A stretch of 64,000 nt of DNA, taken from contig OZ244621.1 of the NCBI GenBank assembly GCA_965218425.1, positions 3,936,001-4,000,000 of the forward strand, read 5' to 3'. This document shows, piece by piece, positions 19,663-29,865 of the stretch; within the stretch, counting starts at the first letter, position 1; every line of letters starts with the position of its first letter. This DNA is from an uncultured Candidatus Binatia bacterium (GTDB lineage Bacteria; Desulfobacterota; Binatia; UBA9968; CAXXLF01). Made by a program: the position numbers and the translations under genes. The notes beneath the pieces were generated by a model, which was given only the letters and a program-made list of their open reading frames with translations, did not search any database and was not told the origin of the DNA.

Positions 19663-20469
19663 CTATCCCGTGGGTGGATTTTGCCGCGATCGCACCGGTT
19701 TGCCCGCACGGACATCTTCGCAGAAACTACGAACCGCTTCGTAGAAGGGTACTGCAACCGGGCCGTAGTTGGCCCGGGGCCGGTCCAACTGCTCGACACT
19801 GAAGCCGATGGTGCCATGGGTGACTCCGATATTGCCACTGCAGTCATCACCCGAGCCAAAGCCGCTGATGGTGGGGACAGTGACTTCCTCTGTGATACGC
19901 TTTGCTAAATCCGGGGGTACCCGCGTTAGCAACAGAGAAAAGGATCCCGCCGCTTGCAAGGCGCGGGCATCGTTCCAAACTTTTTCTTCTGCGACACTCG
20001 CCCCTTCCGAGCGATACCCCCCACTACCCATTGACGTCATGGGTGTCAGACCCATATGGGCCATCACGGGGATACCTGCCTTCACGATGGCTTCAACGGT
20101 GGGCGCGTACTCCGCTCCCACCTCTAACTTCACTGCCTGGCACTCACCCTCCTGAATGAGCCGGCCGGCGTTCCGGATCGCCTCCTCTTTGTTGACCTGA
20201 TAGGACATGAAGGGCATGTCTCCTATGACCAACGCGTGTTTGCTGCCCCGGCTCACGGACCGGGTCATCAGAACCATTTCATCCATGGTCACCGAATTAT
20301 TGTCGTCATGGCCCAACAGGTTCCTCCCGCCGCTGTCTCCCACAAGGATCATATCCACTTCAGCGCGGTCGATGATTTGAGCCATGGAAAAATCATAAGC
20401 GGTCATGACCACAATCTTTTTCTTTTCAGCCCTCATTCGATTTAAATCCGGAATAGTAACTCGTGCCAT
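19663..20469 (-). CDS. panB: PanB-like (ketopantoate hydroxymethyltransferase family) protein with a divergent active site
   Basis: TAYD, LVGDS, GDMPFMSY, VKLE, HMGLTP; LECVP motif replaced by LTRVP. Confidence 0.75.
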   Translation of the reverse strand: MARVTIPDLNRMRAEKKKIVVMTAYDFSMAQIIDRAEVDMILVGDSGGRNLLGHDDNNSVTMDEMVLMTRSVSRGSKHALVIGDMPFMSYQVNKEEAIRNAGRLIQEGECQAVKLEVGAEYAPTVEAIVKAGIPVMAHMGLTPMTSMGSGGYRSEGASVAEEKVWNDARALQAAGSFSLLLTRVPPDLAKRITEEVTVPTISGFGSGDDCSGNIGVTHGTIGFSVEQLDRPRANYGPVAVPFYEAVRSFCEDVRAGKPVRSRQNPPTG

Positions 20470-20569
20470 GAGAACTCCTTTCCTTCTCAACCGTCCAAAT
20501 ATTCTAAGATCGATACCCGTTGCCTTTTGTCATGAGCACAATGAACGTACATTCATACTGTTGTCCAAC

Positions 20570-22012
20570 TCAACCCTTCGGCAACCACCCCGCCATATCC
20601 CACTTTTCCCAAACCTCTTTTCGTCGTTCCTTGCTAAACACATTGACGGGTGGAAAGTCCTTGATCCGATCGAAGGTCCGGCATCCGTTAAGAATCAGCC
20701 GTTTGTGCAGGATGTCTCTCTCGTTTATTCTATCCTCCATAGTGCGTAGCGGGTTAAAAAACCAATCACTCTGAGTCACGCTGACTCGCACACCGGTGGT
20801 AGGATCAAATCGCGTCCCAACCGCCCAAAGCACTTCGGAAGGATCCTCCGCGTTCACATCGTCGTCCACGAGGATAAGTAAACGACTCGGCAAATTAGTC
20901 TTGTCGAGGAATCTCATGATACGGTCCGCGTCATCCTCACTTTGCTGATCAACGGAAATGACCGTGGCCCCTAACACGGCAAGGCTCGCGATCCGTTTTA
21001 CGGGGAGTCCCAATTTTTGCATACGGGCGAGCATACCCGTGGCGGTACGCATGGAAAGGCCAAAGTGGTAAGAGCCCTTAATCGGCGCAAAGGGGGGCGC
21101 ACCGGTCAGAATTGGGTTGTTTCGGTAGTAGAGCGCCTTGACCCGAATGACTGGCTCTGCAATGGCTGTGGCCATATAGTATCCCGTCCACTCTCCAAAT
21201 GGACCCTCGGTCCTTGATTCCTCTTCAGGCGGAGGAATCTCTCCTTCAATGGCGATTTCGGAGCTTGCGGAGATGGGTAGACCGGTAACGGGACCCGCAA
21301 CGACAGGCACCGCCTCTCCGGCGAGGAATCCCACGTACTCGTACTCGGGTATATTTGATGGGCAGCCTGTTGCTCCCGACGCCGTGTGAAAGATGAGGGG
21401 TTCGGGACCGAAGGATACGGCCACGGGGCAATTCTTTCCCTCTTTCCAGTATTTGCGCATGATTTTCCAGCCGTCCTTGCCTGTACCGGGCAAGATACCG
21501 GTCGTATTGCGATCGTGGAGTTGCGCACGATAGGTCCCTACATTGGTAAAACCGGTTTCCGGATCCTTCTGGATCACGGCATGGGCGGTGCCGATGAAGG
21601 GACCTCCGTCTAGCTCATGCCAGGTGGGGACAGGGAATTGCAGCAGGTCCACATCGCTGCCCGTTTTCACGTTTTCGAAGATGGGTCCTCTGTCGACCCA
21701 AACCGGCGGAATCGGCTTGTAGGCTTCCCAGCGTTTCTGCCAGGTTGATATGAAATCGGCTTCCGGCAAATCTGGGTCGGCGCCAAGCAACAGCAGGGAC
21801 CGGCGTCTTGTGGAGCAAAGGTTGACGGCAAGCTTGTAATCAGGAGGATGACCGGCTACCCGATCAAACAGTAAGGCTGGACCTTGGTTCTCAAAGGACA
21901 GCTCGCAGATGGCACCGATCTCATGTTTTGGATTCGCCCCGCTGATACGATGGAGTTCGCCGTGCTCTTCGAGCTGTTGAAGGAACATTCTTAGATCTCT
22001 CATGGTACTCAT
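20570..22012 (-). CDS. UbiD-family prFMN decarboxylase
   Basis: DLR.FL..LE..GEL, GPALLFD, DGGPFIGT, NVGTYR, EGPFGEWTGYY. Confidence 0.92.
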   Translation of the reverse strand: MSTMRDLRMFLQQLEEHGELHRISGANPKHEIGAICELSFENQGPALLFDRVAGHPPDYKLAVNLCSTRRRSLLLLGADPDLPEADFISTWQKRWEAYKPIPPVWVDRGPIFENVKTGSDVDLLQFPVPTWHELDGGPFIGTAHAVIQKDPETGFTNVGTYRAQLHDRNTTGILPGTGKDGWKIMRKYWKEGKNCPVAVSFGPEPLIFHTASGATGCPSNIPEYEYVGFLAGEAVPVVAGPVTGLPISASSEIAIEGEIPPPEEESRTEGPFGEWTGYYMATAIAEPVIRVKALYYRNNPILTGAPPFAPIKGSYHFGLSMRTATGMLARMQKLGLPVKRIASLAVLGATVISVDQQSEDDADRIMRFLDKTNLPSRLLILVDDDVNAEDPSEVLWAVGTRFDPTTGVRVSVTQSDWFFNPLRTMEDRINERDILHKRLILNGCRTFDRIKDFPPVNVFSKERRKEVWEKWDMAGWLPKG

Positions 22013-22069
22013 CCCTTCCATTTATTATCAGTCTGTTTGAAGTGACCGTGCAAATGCAGACATCCGTTC

Positions 22070-23050
22070 TCACGATGACCCACTCGACGTGGGAGACCGT
22101 TCCGCCTCCCAATACGCCACACCCATTCCCATAATGCCGCTGTAAAAAGGTTCATAGGCCAGAACTCTGGCCGGTTGATCTCCAACCGCGCCTAGCAGGA
22201 CAATCCAACTCCTCATCTCAATATCCCCGTTATCGAGGAGATCCTTAGAGGTAAGCTCGGCAAGTTTTCCGCCCTGTCCACTGGACATTAGGTCTAGGCA
22301 TTTCCGATCAAACTCCTCGCTGATGGACCCATAGGTATAGGGGCCTGTGTAGTGCTTATAAGGATACCCCCCGGTGAAATGGGAAAGGCCGCCGGAGGCA
22401 TAAATAGCCACCCGCTCTCCCGAGGGCCGCCCCACGATAATTTGTTGCATCGCCTGACCCAACCGGTAGCACCGCGAAGGACTGGGCGCTGGCACATGAA
22501 TGGCGTTTACGAAGATAGGAACAACTGGAATATCCGCATCAGGGACAACTGTCCGCATAATGGGCGCGTGGGCATGGGCCAGGAGTTCATCGTTGGGAAA
22601 GGACCGGCAAAAGGACACATCAAACTCACGCTCGACGAGGCCGCTCAAAAGGTCTTGCGCCAATTCAGAATGGCAGCGATAACCGGGGCCTTTCTCGCGT
22701 CGCCCGTCGATTCGCTCCGTAGTATACAGGGAGTCGCCCGTGTAGATGGCAATCTGTGGCACGTTGTCGTCCTTGAAGTGTTCGTTCTGATCGTCTCCTA
22801 TAACCAGGAGCACATCCGGTTTCTTCGCCTTCAATGTCTCCCGGAGAAAGGTTAGCCCATCCCTCACCCGCTTGTACCTGGTGAGCCTCTCATCCGGAAT
22901 TTCCTGGGCAACCTTGGGATGAATGGGTGGCTCCTGGCCGTACCGGCGGGCATACATGGCCATGTTCATGTTCCGCCTCTGGTCCCAACTGCTGGGTTCA
23001 GACAAAGCAAAAGCATGAGAAGACGCCATACCCGCGACAATCTTTCCCAT
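22070..23050 (-). CDS. LigB/DesZ-like (class III) extradiol ring-cleavage dioxygenase
   Basis: MGKIVAGMASSH, GDDQNEHF, HAH, IYASGGLSHF, EEFDR, EMRSWI. Confidence 0.85.
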   Translation of the reverse strand: MGKIVAGMASSHAFALSEPSSWDQRRNMNMAMYARRYGQEPPIHPKVAQEIPDERLTRYKRVRDGLTFLRETLKAKKPDVLLVIGDDQNEHFKDDNVPQIAIYTGDSLYTTERIDGRREKGPGYRCHSELAQDLLSGLVEREFDVSFCRSFPNDELLAHAHAPIMRTVVPDADIPVVPIFVNAIHVPAPSPSRCYRLGQAMQQIIVGRPSGERVAIYASGGLSHFTGGYPYKHYTGPYTYGSISEEFDRKCLDLMSSGQGGKLAELTSKDLLDNGDIEMRSWIVLLGAVGDQPARVLAYEPFYSGIMGMGVAYWEAERSPTSSGSS

Positions 23051-23063
23051 TTTTTTCTCCTTT

Positions 23064-24305
23064 TTAATCTCGTTCCGACACCTGATGAGACATATATATT
23101 TCTTTTCTTTGCTCCGACGACTGTAAAATTCCCAAACACACCTCCAGGGTCGCCTCTCCCCATCGTCCGTCGTGGAGCATGGGCTTACCCAACACCACTC
23201 CGTTGTAAAGCTCTTCGATTTCGGCTTCCCGTCCGCGAACGCCAGGCTCGAGGGGAACCTCCTTTTTCTCATTGCCATAGATAAAAACGCCATCAGGAGA
23301 CTGCCTCATGTCTCCCTTCGTACAGGTCACCACGGTCAAGCCAAAAAACTGCTGGTGTCTTGTCTGGGACTCCGGACCGCCGCGCCCCCCGCCCTTCTCC
23401 CACCCATCGGGCATCTCTGGCCTTTCACCCACTTTGACGCTGCCGTAACGCATCTTTTCCTTCATCTCATCGAGGACTCGTTCTCTCTCACTACCGTCTG
23501 TTTCTTTTAATCTGTTGTAATTCTGCCTGGCTCTCATGTTTTTCTCGGGATATCTCGCTTGGCCCCCTTCTCCGATCCACCAAAAGAGTTCAGCCGTGTC
23601 AAAAAACCCATAGCCGTTAAATACGAGAGTCGCCGACACCCCGTCTTCAAACTCGAGGTAGCATGAGTAGCCTCCCTCACCAGGACGGGTAAGGTCCCAC
23701 CGACCCGCCATGGCACGAACGCTACGGACCTTGCCGCCGCCCAGCACCCGCACGAGGTCTACTTGATGCGGACCCTGGTTTAGAACCACTCCCCTGCTCA
23801 TTCTCAATGCATGATCGGGATAAGGCCGTACCATAAAATCGTTAAAATTCCACGTTTGGATCATGCAAAGGTCACCCAGTTCCCCGCTCCTGATGATCTC
23901 CCTCATCTTTCGAATTGGGCTATCATATCCGTGGCTGTGCCCGCACAGCAGCTTAACACCGTATTTCTCCGCGGCCGCATTCATTCGTTCACAGTCCTCA
24001 ACGGTGAGGGCCATGGGCTTTTCCACAACCACATGCTTGCGGTTTTCCAGAGCGACGAGGGCGTGCTGGGCGTGCAGTTCGTGGGGTGTAGCGATGTAGA
24101 CCACATCCACATCCGAGCATTGGCAGAGATCTTCCACGCTGTGATAGACTTTTGCCTCCAGTTCCTGCTGGACCAGTTTGAGGGAGCTCTCTCTAGTATC
24201 CGCTGCCGCAGTAATTTTAATCCTGGGACTATTGATATAAGCAGGCAGGATTTCGGTGGCCGCTTCTCCAAGGCCCAGGAGACCCAATTTCAAAACCCCA
24301 GACAT
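23064..24305 (-). CDS. Gfo/Idh/MocA oxidoreductase, phthalate 4,5-cis-dihydrodiol dehydrogenase-like
   Basis: GLG, YIATPH, VEKPMA, NQGPHQVD, GYGFFD, HQQFFG, HDGRWG; directly downstream of a Rieske oxygenase. Confidence 0.82.
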   Translation of the reverse strand: MSGVLKLGLLGLGEAATEILPAYINSPRIKITAAADTRESSLKLVQQELEAKVYHSVEDLCQCSDVDVVYIATPHELHAQHALVALENRKHVVVEKPMALTVEDCERMNAAAEKYGVKLLCGHSHGYDSPIRKMREIIRSGELGDLCMIQTWNFNDFMVRPYPDHALRMSRGVVLNQGPHQVDLVRVLGGGKVRSVRAMAGRWDLTRPGEGGYSCYLEFEDGVSATLVFNGYGFFDTAELFWWIGEGGQARYPEKNMRARQNYNRLKETDGSERERVLDEMKEKMRYGSVKVGERPEMPDGWEKGGGRGGPESQTRHQQFFGLTVVTCTKGDMRQSPDGVFIYGNEKKEVPLEPGVRGREAEIEELYNGVVLGKPMLHDGRWGEATLEVCLGILQSSEQRKEIYMSHQVSERD

Positions 24306-24329
24306 AATCTTCCCTTTGCGGCGGCCTTT

Positions 24330-25610
24330 CTACAGGCGGACCTCAGCCTCCAAGTCCTTGGAGTGATCCTTCCACTCTTTGGAATTGGGTAGGACTCCGT
24401 TATAGGCAACGATCCGAAACCGATTGGCGTTAGGCTCGCGTACGACATTGCCGGGTTCCCGGCCCTCCATGAGGTCGTTGATTGCTTTAACCATAACCTT
24501 GCGTGCCGCTACGATCGCCATATCCATGGATGTGAGATGTTCCATGCAACGGTCCTGTACAGGACCCTGCCCTTCTGTGGCACAGAGATCCTGGATTACA
24601 AAGTCTATGCCGATGCCGGTGTAGCTCTGATTCTTCATGGCCTCTCTATCCTGCTGATACCGATTGGCCTTGTTGCGCGCCGGCTTATAATCCCGCGTTC
24701 GGTCACTAGAGCCGCGACTTGACCACGCTACGTCAACAGGTTTGTCACGGTTGAAAATGAAGGTATATTTCCAATGGTTCGTATCATCGATGGGCACGTG
24801 CCAATTGACCATGTAACCGTCTATCCCGCGTGGTACTCCCGGGAAGGCAGTAAAGTTAGGCATCACAAAGTCGGTCAAGTAGAGTTGATACTTGTCGTCT
24901 CCCATATCACGGCGAATTTTATAGCTCCTGACACCAATCCCGGTCAGTTCGGCGTCTGCCGCCTCATACTCTGCTGCCGATCCACGACCCCTAATCTGTT
25001 CCTCGGCGGGAAGCACGGCAGCGCCGACGTTCCCTCCAATGCCCCGGTTCATGCGGTTATAGTGCAAAAATGACAGATGAGATAGATCGATGTTGCCTTC
25101 GTTGGCCTGCAAATAGTTGCACTGGTGCAAGAGCTTTGTAGCAGAACGGAATTTCCCGGGACCGATCAGAAATTCATAGTTGGGGAACAGAGGAGGCTCC
25201 CCAGGCCCCAGGTATGCGAATATGGTCCCTGCCCGCTCCTCACAGGGATAGGCCGGGTGACGGATGGCCTCACGGTGTTCCCCCCCTCCAGGCTCGCCGG
25301 GCTGATCCAGACAACGCCCGTGAATGTCATAGAGCCAACCATGATAAATGCACCTCAACCCACCGTCTTGCACCCGACCGTAACTCAAATCCGCGCCCCT
25401 GTGGGAGCAGTGAATATCCAACAAACCCGGCCGACCCTGGTCATCCCGGAATAGGACTAGATCCTCCCCTAGGAGCCGAATGGGCAAGGGAGCCCCACCC
25501 GGAGGCAGTTCCTCTGAGAGAGCCGCGGGCTGCCAGTAGCGCCGCATTAGCTCCCCACAAGGTGTCCCGCGATCCGTTTGAGTTAGTAGCTCGGTCTCGT
25601 GCGTGGTCAT
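24330..25610 (-). CDS. Rieske non-heme iron oxygenase, phthalate 4,5-dioxygenase-like (copy 1)
   Basis: GELMRRYWQP, CSH...CIYH, NYLQANEGNIDLSHLSFLH, VPIDD, QD. Confidence 0.92.
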   Translation of the reverse strand: MTTHETELLTQTDRGTPCGELMRRYWQPAALSEELPPGGAPLPIRLLGEDLVLFRDDQGRPGLLDIHCSHRGADLSYGRVQDGGLRCIYHGWLYDIHGRCLDQPGEPGGGEHREAIRHPAYPCEERAGTIFAYLGPGEPPLFPNYEFLIGPGKFRSATKLLHQCNYLQANEGNIDLSHLSFLHYNRMNRGIGGNVGAAVLPAEEQIRGRGSAAEYEAADAELTGIGVRSYKIRRDMGDDKYQLYLTDFVMPNFTAFPGVPRGIDGYMVNWHVPIDDTNHWKYTFIFNRDKPVDVAWSSRGSSDRTRDYKPARNKANRYQQDREAMKNQSYTGIGIDFVIQDLCATEGQGPVQDRCMEHLTSMDMAIVAARKVMVKAINDLMEGREPGNVVREPNANRFRIVAYNGVLPNSKEWKDHSKDLEAEVRL

Positions 25611-25625
25611 AGCTCACCTCTTGGA

Positions 25626-27260
25626 TTATGAAACTTGACGCTTCCGCTTTTCAGCCTGGAACTTATCTCCTACCTCTGTGTATTTCCCTTGGCGAATCAA
25701 ATCCGCCTCTTCCTGCAAATCCGGGCTCCAATACCCCATCATGTAACCATGCCAAGGCTCCTGTAGTCTGGGAGTAGGCAGGTCATTCCGACTGCCCCAA
25801 ATCTGCAAGGCCCTCTCCATGTACTCTTTGCGGGGCAAAGCTAAAGGGGGGAATGGATACTTGCGCGTAGCATTGATCAGCGTGAGATAAAACTCCTTGC
25901 GGCCACCGGCACCTTCTTCCTCGTCACCCTTTCTTATGGGGGTAGCCGAAGGGTCAAGGCGTCCGCTTCTGTGAATCGCCGAAGGGTCAAATCGACGCTT
26001 TCCCCCAGGAACCACAAAGACATCGTCATTGGGCTGGGTACGAAAGCTCAAGGCCCACACCAAAAGCTCCGGGTCACGCAAATTAATGTCAGAGTTCACT
26101 GCAACCACATACTTGGCATCGGCATTGAGCGCGGCCTCTTGCAAAATTTCCGGTATAATCCCCTGAGGAGTTCCATCCCCGACGCGAATCAAACAAAAAT
26201 TGCTACCCCCTCCCATCTGGGGAAAATAAACCTCTTCAATGGGGAATTCGCATTCATACTTCAACCGATGGTACAGCTGGCCACTGTAGCAAAACCCAAA
26301 TACCAAATTACAATCGTTTGGTGCAAACCCCACAGGTATGGGCGTAAACATGGCGTTTTTCCGGTGCGTCACCGCCGTCACCTGCATCACAGGACACGGG
26401 TTACGGTCCACGTTGAGATGACCTGGGTACTCACCAAACGCACCCCGTGGCTCCAACTGTTCCGTTGACAGGACTCCTTCAATAACTGCTTCCGCATTGG
26501 CCGGAACCTCCAGGGGCACCGTGCGGCAACGAACCAGCTCCTCTGGCCTCCCAACGATTCCTCCCGCCACCCCCAGTTCATCCACACCGTAAGGAATCCT
26601 CGCCGAGCCCACCAACATCACAGCAGGGCTGGACCCTATCACAATGGCGATTGGCAGTCCCTCTCCGACCTTACGCGCCGCCTCCCTATGATAAAACATG
26701 GCATGCTTATTCGGACCAATGCCAGCCGCAATGCGATCCCTGCCGCGAAAAAACCCATTATAGGTCCCCACGTTTCGAACACCACTCCCGGGTTCTTTTG
26801 TGATCATCGGCAATCCCGTACGTATCATGCCACTAAACCCAGGTTCCTCCACGGGAACGGGCAACTCATCCAAACCTAACTCCTTAAGCTCGTCCCCCAC
26901 ATGGACCACCTCCTGAACCGGGCCATGGTCCACCACCACCGGAGACACCGGACGCCTGAGGCCGTCATGCCACTTCTCAAGCATCTCCACATAGGTCTCA
27001 CAACCGACTCCCAGGGCCAACACCTCCTCGGATACTCCGTATACACCCGACAGCACCGACATCTCATACTTTTTTCCGCTGGCCCCGACCACGTTGTCAA
27101 ACAAAAATATCTTCCGCTCCGATTCAGGGACACCCCTCATCTGTATTCGATAGAAGGGCATAAGTTCGGTGTCTTTGTTGATGGGCTCACGAAATCGATA
27201 GAGCTTTCCCCGCGCTTCAAGCAGTTCAACAAGTTCGCGCAGATCCCGACAGTATGCCAT
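25626..27260 (-). CDS. UbiD-family protein (long type) with atypical catalytic motifs
   Basis: DLRELV.LLE, VRCRTVPLEVPANAEAVIEG; NVGTYN and RGAFGEYPG instead of N.GTYR and EGPFGE. Confidence 0.88.
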   Translation of the reverse strand: MAYCRDLRELVELLEARGKLYRFREPINKDTELMPFYRIQMRGVPESERKIFLFDNVVGASGKKYEMSVLSGVYGVSEEVLALGVGCETYVEMLEKWHDGLRRPVSPVVVDHGPVQEVVHVGDELKELGLDELPVPVEEPGFSGMIRTGLPMITKEPGSGVRNVGTYNGFFRGRDRIAAGIGPNKHAMFYHREAARKVGEGLPIAIVIGSSPAVMLVGSARIPYGVDELGVAGGIVGRPEELVRCRTVPLEVPANAEAVIEGVLSTEQLEPRGAFGEYPGHLNVDRNPCPVMQVTAVTHRKNAMFTPIPVGFAPNDCNLVFGFCYSGQLYHRLKYECEFPIEEVYFPQMGGGSNFCLIRVGDGTPQGIIPEILQEAALNADAKYVVAVNSDINLRDPELLVWALSFRTQPNDDVFVVPGGKRRFDPSAIHRSGRLDPSATPIRKGDEEEGAGGRKEFYLTLINATRKYPFPPLALPRKEYMERALQIWGSRNDLPTPRLQEPWHGYMMGYWSPDLQEEADLIRQGKYTEVGDKFQAEKRKRQVS

Positions 27261-27278
27261 ATAACCCCCTCCTATGAC

Positions 27279-28429
27279 TTACTTACCCCCCCTTCTCAAC
27301 GCCTCTTTGACTAATTTGTGGGCAGCAACGGCCGTCACCTCTGCTGAAGCCTCCAGGTATTTGACCCCCTTGATACGCCGATACTCCACCGGGATAACAT
27401 CTTTTGAAATGTCCGTTCCCATGGAGTTTCCAGAAGACGGGCTGTATGCAACAGAAATTCTCTGAAGGACCTCCTGTCCCTCACGCGAAAGCACCCAATT
27501 GATAAAAACCTTTGCCGCATTGGGGTGCGGCGCCCGATTGAGCAGGGCGATCACGCCGCGAATCGGCGTCAGGACCCCTCCTTCTTTAAATTGAGTTGGG
27601 TGAAACCCATTGACTGGGAGCCCTTGCGCCACAGCATCATCCGCACCCCGTGAGAAGAAATAAATGCCAAATTTTCCTACAGCCAGCCAATCCATCATCT
27701 GTCTATAATCCCGGCTTAACGCAACATCCATCTCGCCAAACAGTCGCCTTATAAACTTGGGTCCAAGGTTAGGGTGATGATAAAAGAGGAGAAGCCCGCT
27801 GCCACTAATGCCACGAACACGGGGATCCCTGGGATCGGGAACTATAATCTTTCCTTTCCATTTCGAGTCCACCAAGTCCCAGTAAGACTCGATTTCACCC
27901 GGATTCACGAGATTTGTGTTGTAGGCAATGTCCGCTGCCCGTACCGCCCCTTCAAAGACAAAGAAATATTTACCCTCGGCATCCGTATAGTGGTGTTTGC
28001 TCTTCCACCATTTGGACTGGTCCAAAACCTCCGGCAGGATGAAAGCAGGAGGCATGGGGTCCAGGATGCCCTTGTTCACGAAAAAACTGATTTGGGTATG
28101 ATCCTGTTGACCAAAAGAGATGTCCTTGATAAATTTGTTGGCCCGTCTTTCACTCAGCAGAACTTGAGTTCTTTGATGGACAGGACCGACGGTTCCTTCG
28201 ACGACCTTTATTCCAGGATATTTTTTTGAAATTCCCTATAGTACGCCGAAAACCCTCGCACAGTTGAAAGCACCACCCGCCCCTCTCTTGTCGCAGCTTC
28301 GACTGTTTTCCGCCATTGCGCTTGCCAGCCGGGTCTGCCCACACCCATTTGCGCACGGGACGCAGCCGGGAGCAAGTTGAATGTCGCGACTACTGCAAAC
28401 AGAAAGGAAAACTTTATAGCCTTCGTCAT
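27279..28429 (-). pseudogene. ABC solute-binding protein with a single frameshift at T7 28221-28227
   Basis: Signal peptide + WRKTVEAATREG; adding one A restores FQKKYPGIKV... continuous into ORF 27279-28079. Confidence 0.85.
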
Positions 28430-28504
28430 TGGGCACCTCACCTGATTTCTACAACCACTTGTCGGCGGCATGCGCAAATCGTAAATTTGCAAAGCGAGTG
28501 ATAT

Positions 28505-29797
28505 CTAATCTCTTACGTCGGCTTCCAACTCTTTCGCGCGAACTTTCCAATGTTTTGTCATGGGAACAAGCTCGTGTGTGGCGATGATCCGAAAACGCTT
28601 GCGCACACGCTCCCCAATCACATTTGCCGGTTCTCCACCTTCCTGGACATCTCTAATTGCCTTCAACATGACCTGCCGCGCGACGCTAATGGCCCTATCC
28701 ATAGAGACAAGGTGCTCCTTCGACCGATCTTGAATAGGACCCATCCCTTCTACAGCGCAAAGGTCCTGCGCCTGGAAGTTCATACCTATACCCGTATAAC
28801 TCTCGCTAATCATCGAATCCCTATCCTGTTGGTAGCGATTGGCTTTGTTGCGGATTGGCTTATAATCCGGCGTCATATCAGCACGACTTCTTCTTAGACG
28901 GTCCTTATCGATGGCATTTTTTCTACCGAATAGAAAGGTATACTTCCAATGGTGTGTATCGTCGATCGGCACGTGCCAATTGACCGAGTACCCGCCCATC
29001 GCGTATCCGCTTCCGGGAAAGGCTGTGAAGTTGGGAAGGACAAAGTCCGTGATATACAAGTGGTATTGGTCTGGTCCCATGTCACGCCGAATCTTGTAAC
29101 TCCTCACTCCGAAACCCGTCAATTCCGCATCGTAGGTTTCGACTGTTGGGGCGGCACCCCGACCGCACAAACCTTCGACGCGCTTTCCTTCAGCGTCTCT
29201 ATGACGTTCCTCGCCGTCGCCAATTCCTCTGTTTCTGGAATTATAATGTAGAAAAGTTAAATGAGAGAGATCGATATTGCCCTCATTGCCCTGCAAATAG
29301 TTGCATTCATGAAAGAGCTTGATGGCAAAGACATGGTCTTGCGGTACACTAAGAAATTCATAGTTGGGAAACACCGTCGGCTCTCCAGGACCCAGATACG
29401 CAAAAATGACTCCTGCTCGCTCCACACAAGGATACGCCGGATGACGAATGGACTCCCGGTGTTCGCCTCCTCGAGGCTCGCCCGGCTGATCCAGACAACG
29501 CCCGTGAATGTCATAGAGCCAACCATGATAAATGCACCTCAACCCACCGTCTTCCACCCGACCGTAGCTCAGATCAGCACCCCGGTGAGAACAGTGAAGC
29601 TCCAGAAGCCCGGGACGCCCCTGATCGTCTCGAAACAGAACGAGATCCTCACCCAGAAGCCGAACGGGCAACGGGGCCCCTCCCAAAGCAAGCTCCTCGG
29701 AAAGCGCCGCGGGCTGCCAGTACTGCCGCATCAACTCCCCACACGGGGTCCCACGATCCGTACGGGTCAAAAGCTCGCTCTCCTGTCTGGTCATCAT
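28505..29797 (-). CDS. Rieske oxygenase, phthalate 4,5-dioxygenase-like (copy 2)
   Basis: CSH...CIYH; NEGNIDLSHLTFLH; QD. Confidence 0.92.
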   Translation of the reverse strand: MMTRQESELLTRTDRGTPCGELMRQYWQPAALSEELALGGAPLPVRLLGEDLVLFRDDQGRPGLLELHCSHRGADLSYGRVEDGGLRCIYHGWLYDIHGRCLDQPGEPRGGEHRESIRHPAYPCVERAGVIFAYLGPGEPTVFPNYEFLSVPQDHVFAIKLFHECNYLQGNEGNIDLSHLTFLHYNSRNRGIGDGEERHRDAEGKRVEGLCGRGAAPTVETYDAELTGFGVRSYKIRRDMGPDQYHLYITDFVLPNFTAFPGSGYAMGGYSVNWHVPIDDTHHWKYTFLFGRKNAIDKDRLRRSRADMTPDYKPIRNKANRYQQDRDSMISESYTGIGMNFQAQDLCAVEGMGPIQDRSKEHLVSMDRAISVARQVMLKAIRDVQEGGEPANVIGERVRKRFRIIATHELVPMTKHWKVRAKELEADVRD

Positions 29798-29865
29798 TCC
29801 TCTATCATGGATTATTGCTTTTCCCTACCTTTACCCTCCTGTATTGAGCCTGAAACGAAGGTGTC

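Noticed and set aside
23051..23293. Long N-terminal extensions of ORF-track calls (LigB-like gene here; also sucD, lepA and several SBPs)
   Set aside because: They overlap upstream genes; paralog or homolog N-termini and RBS positions indicate later starts.
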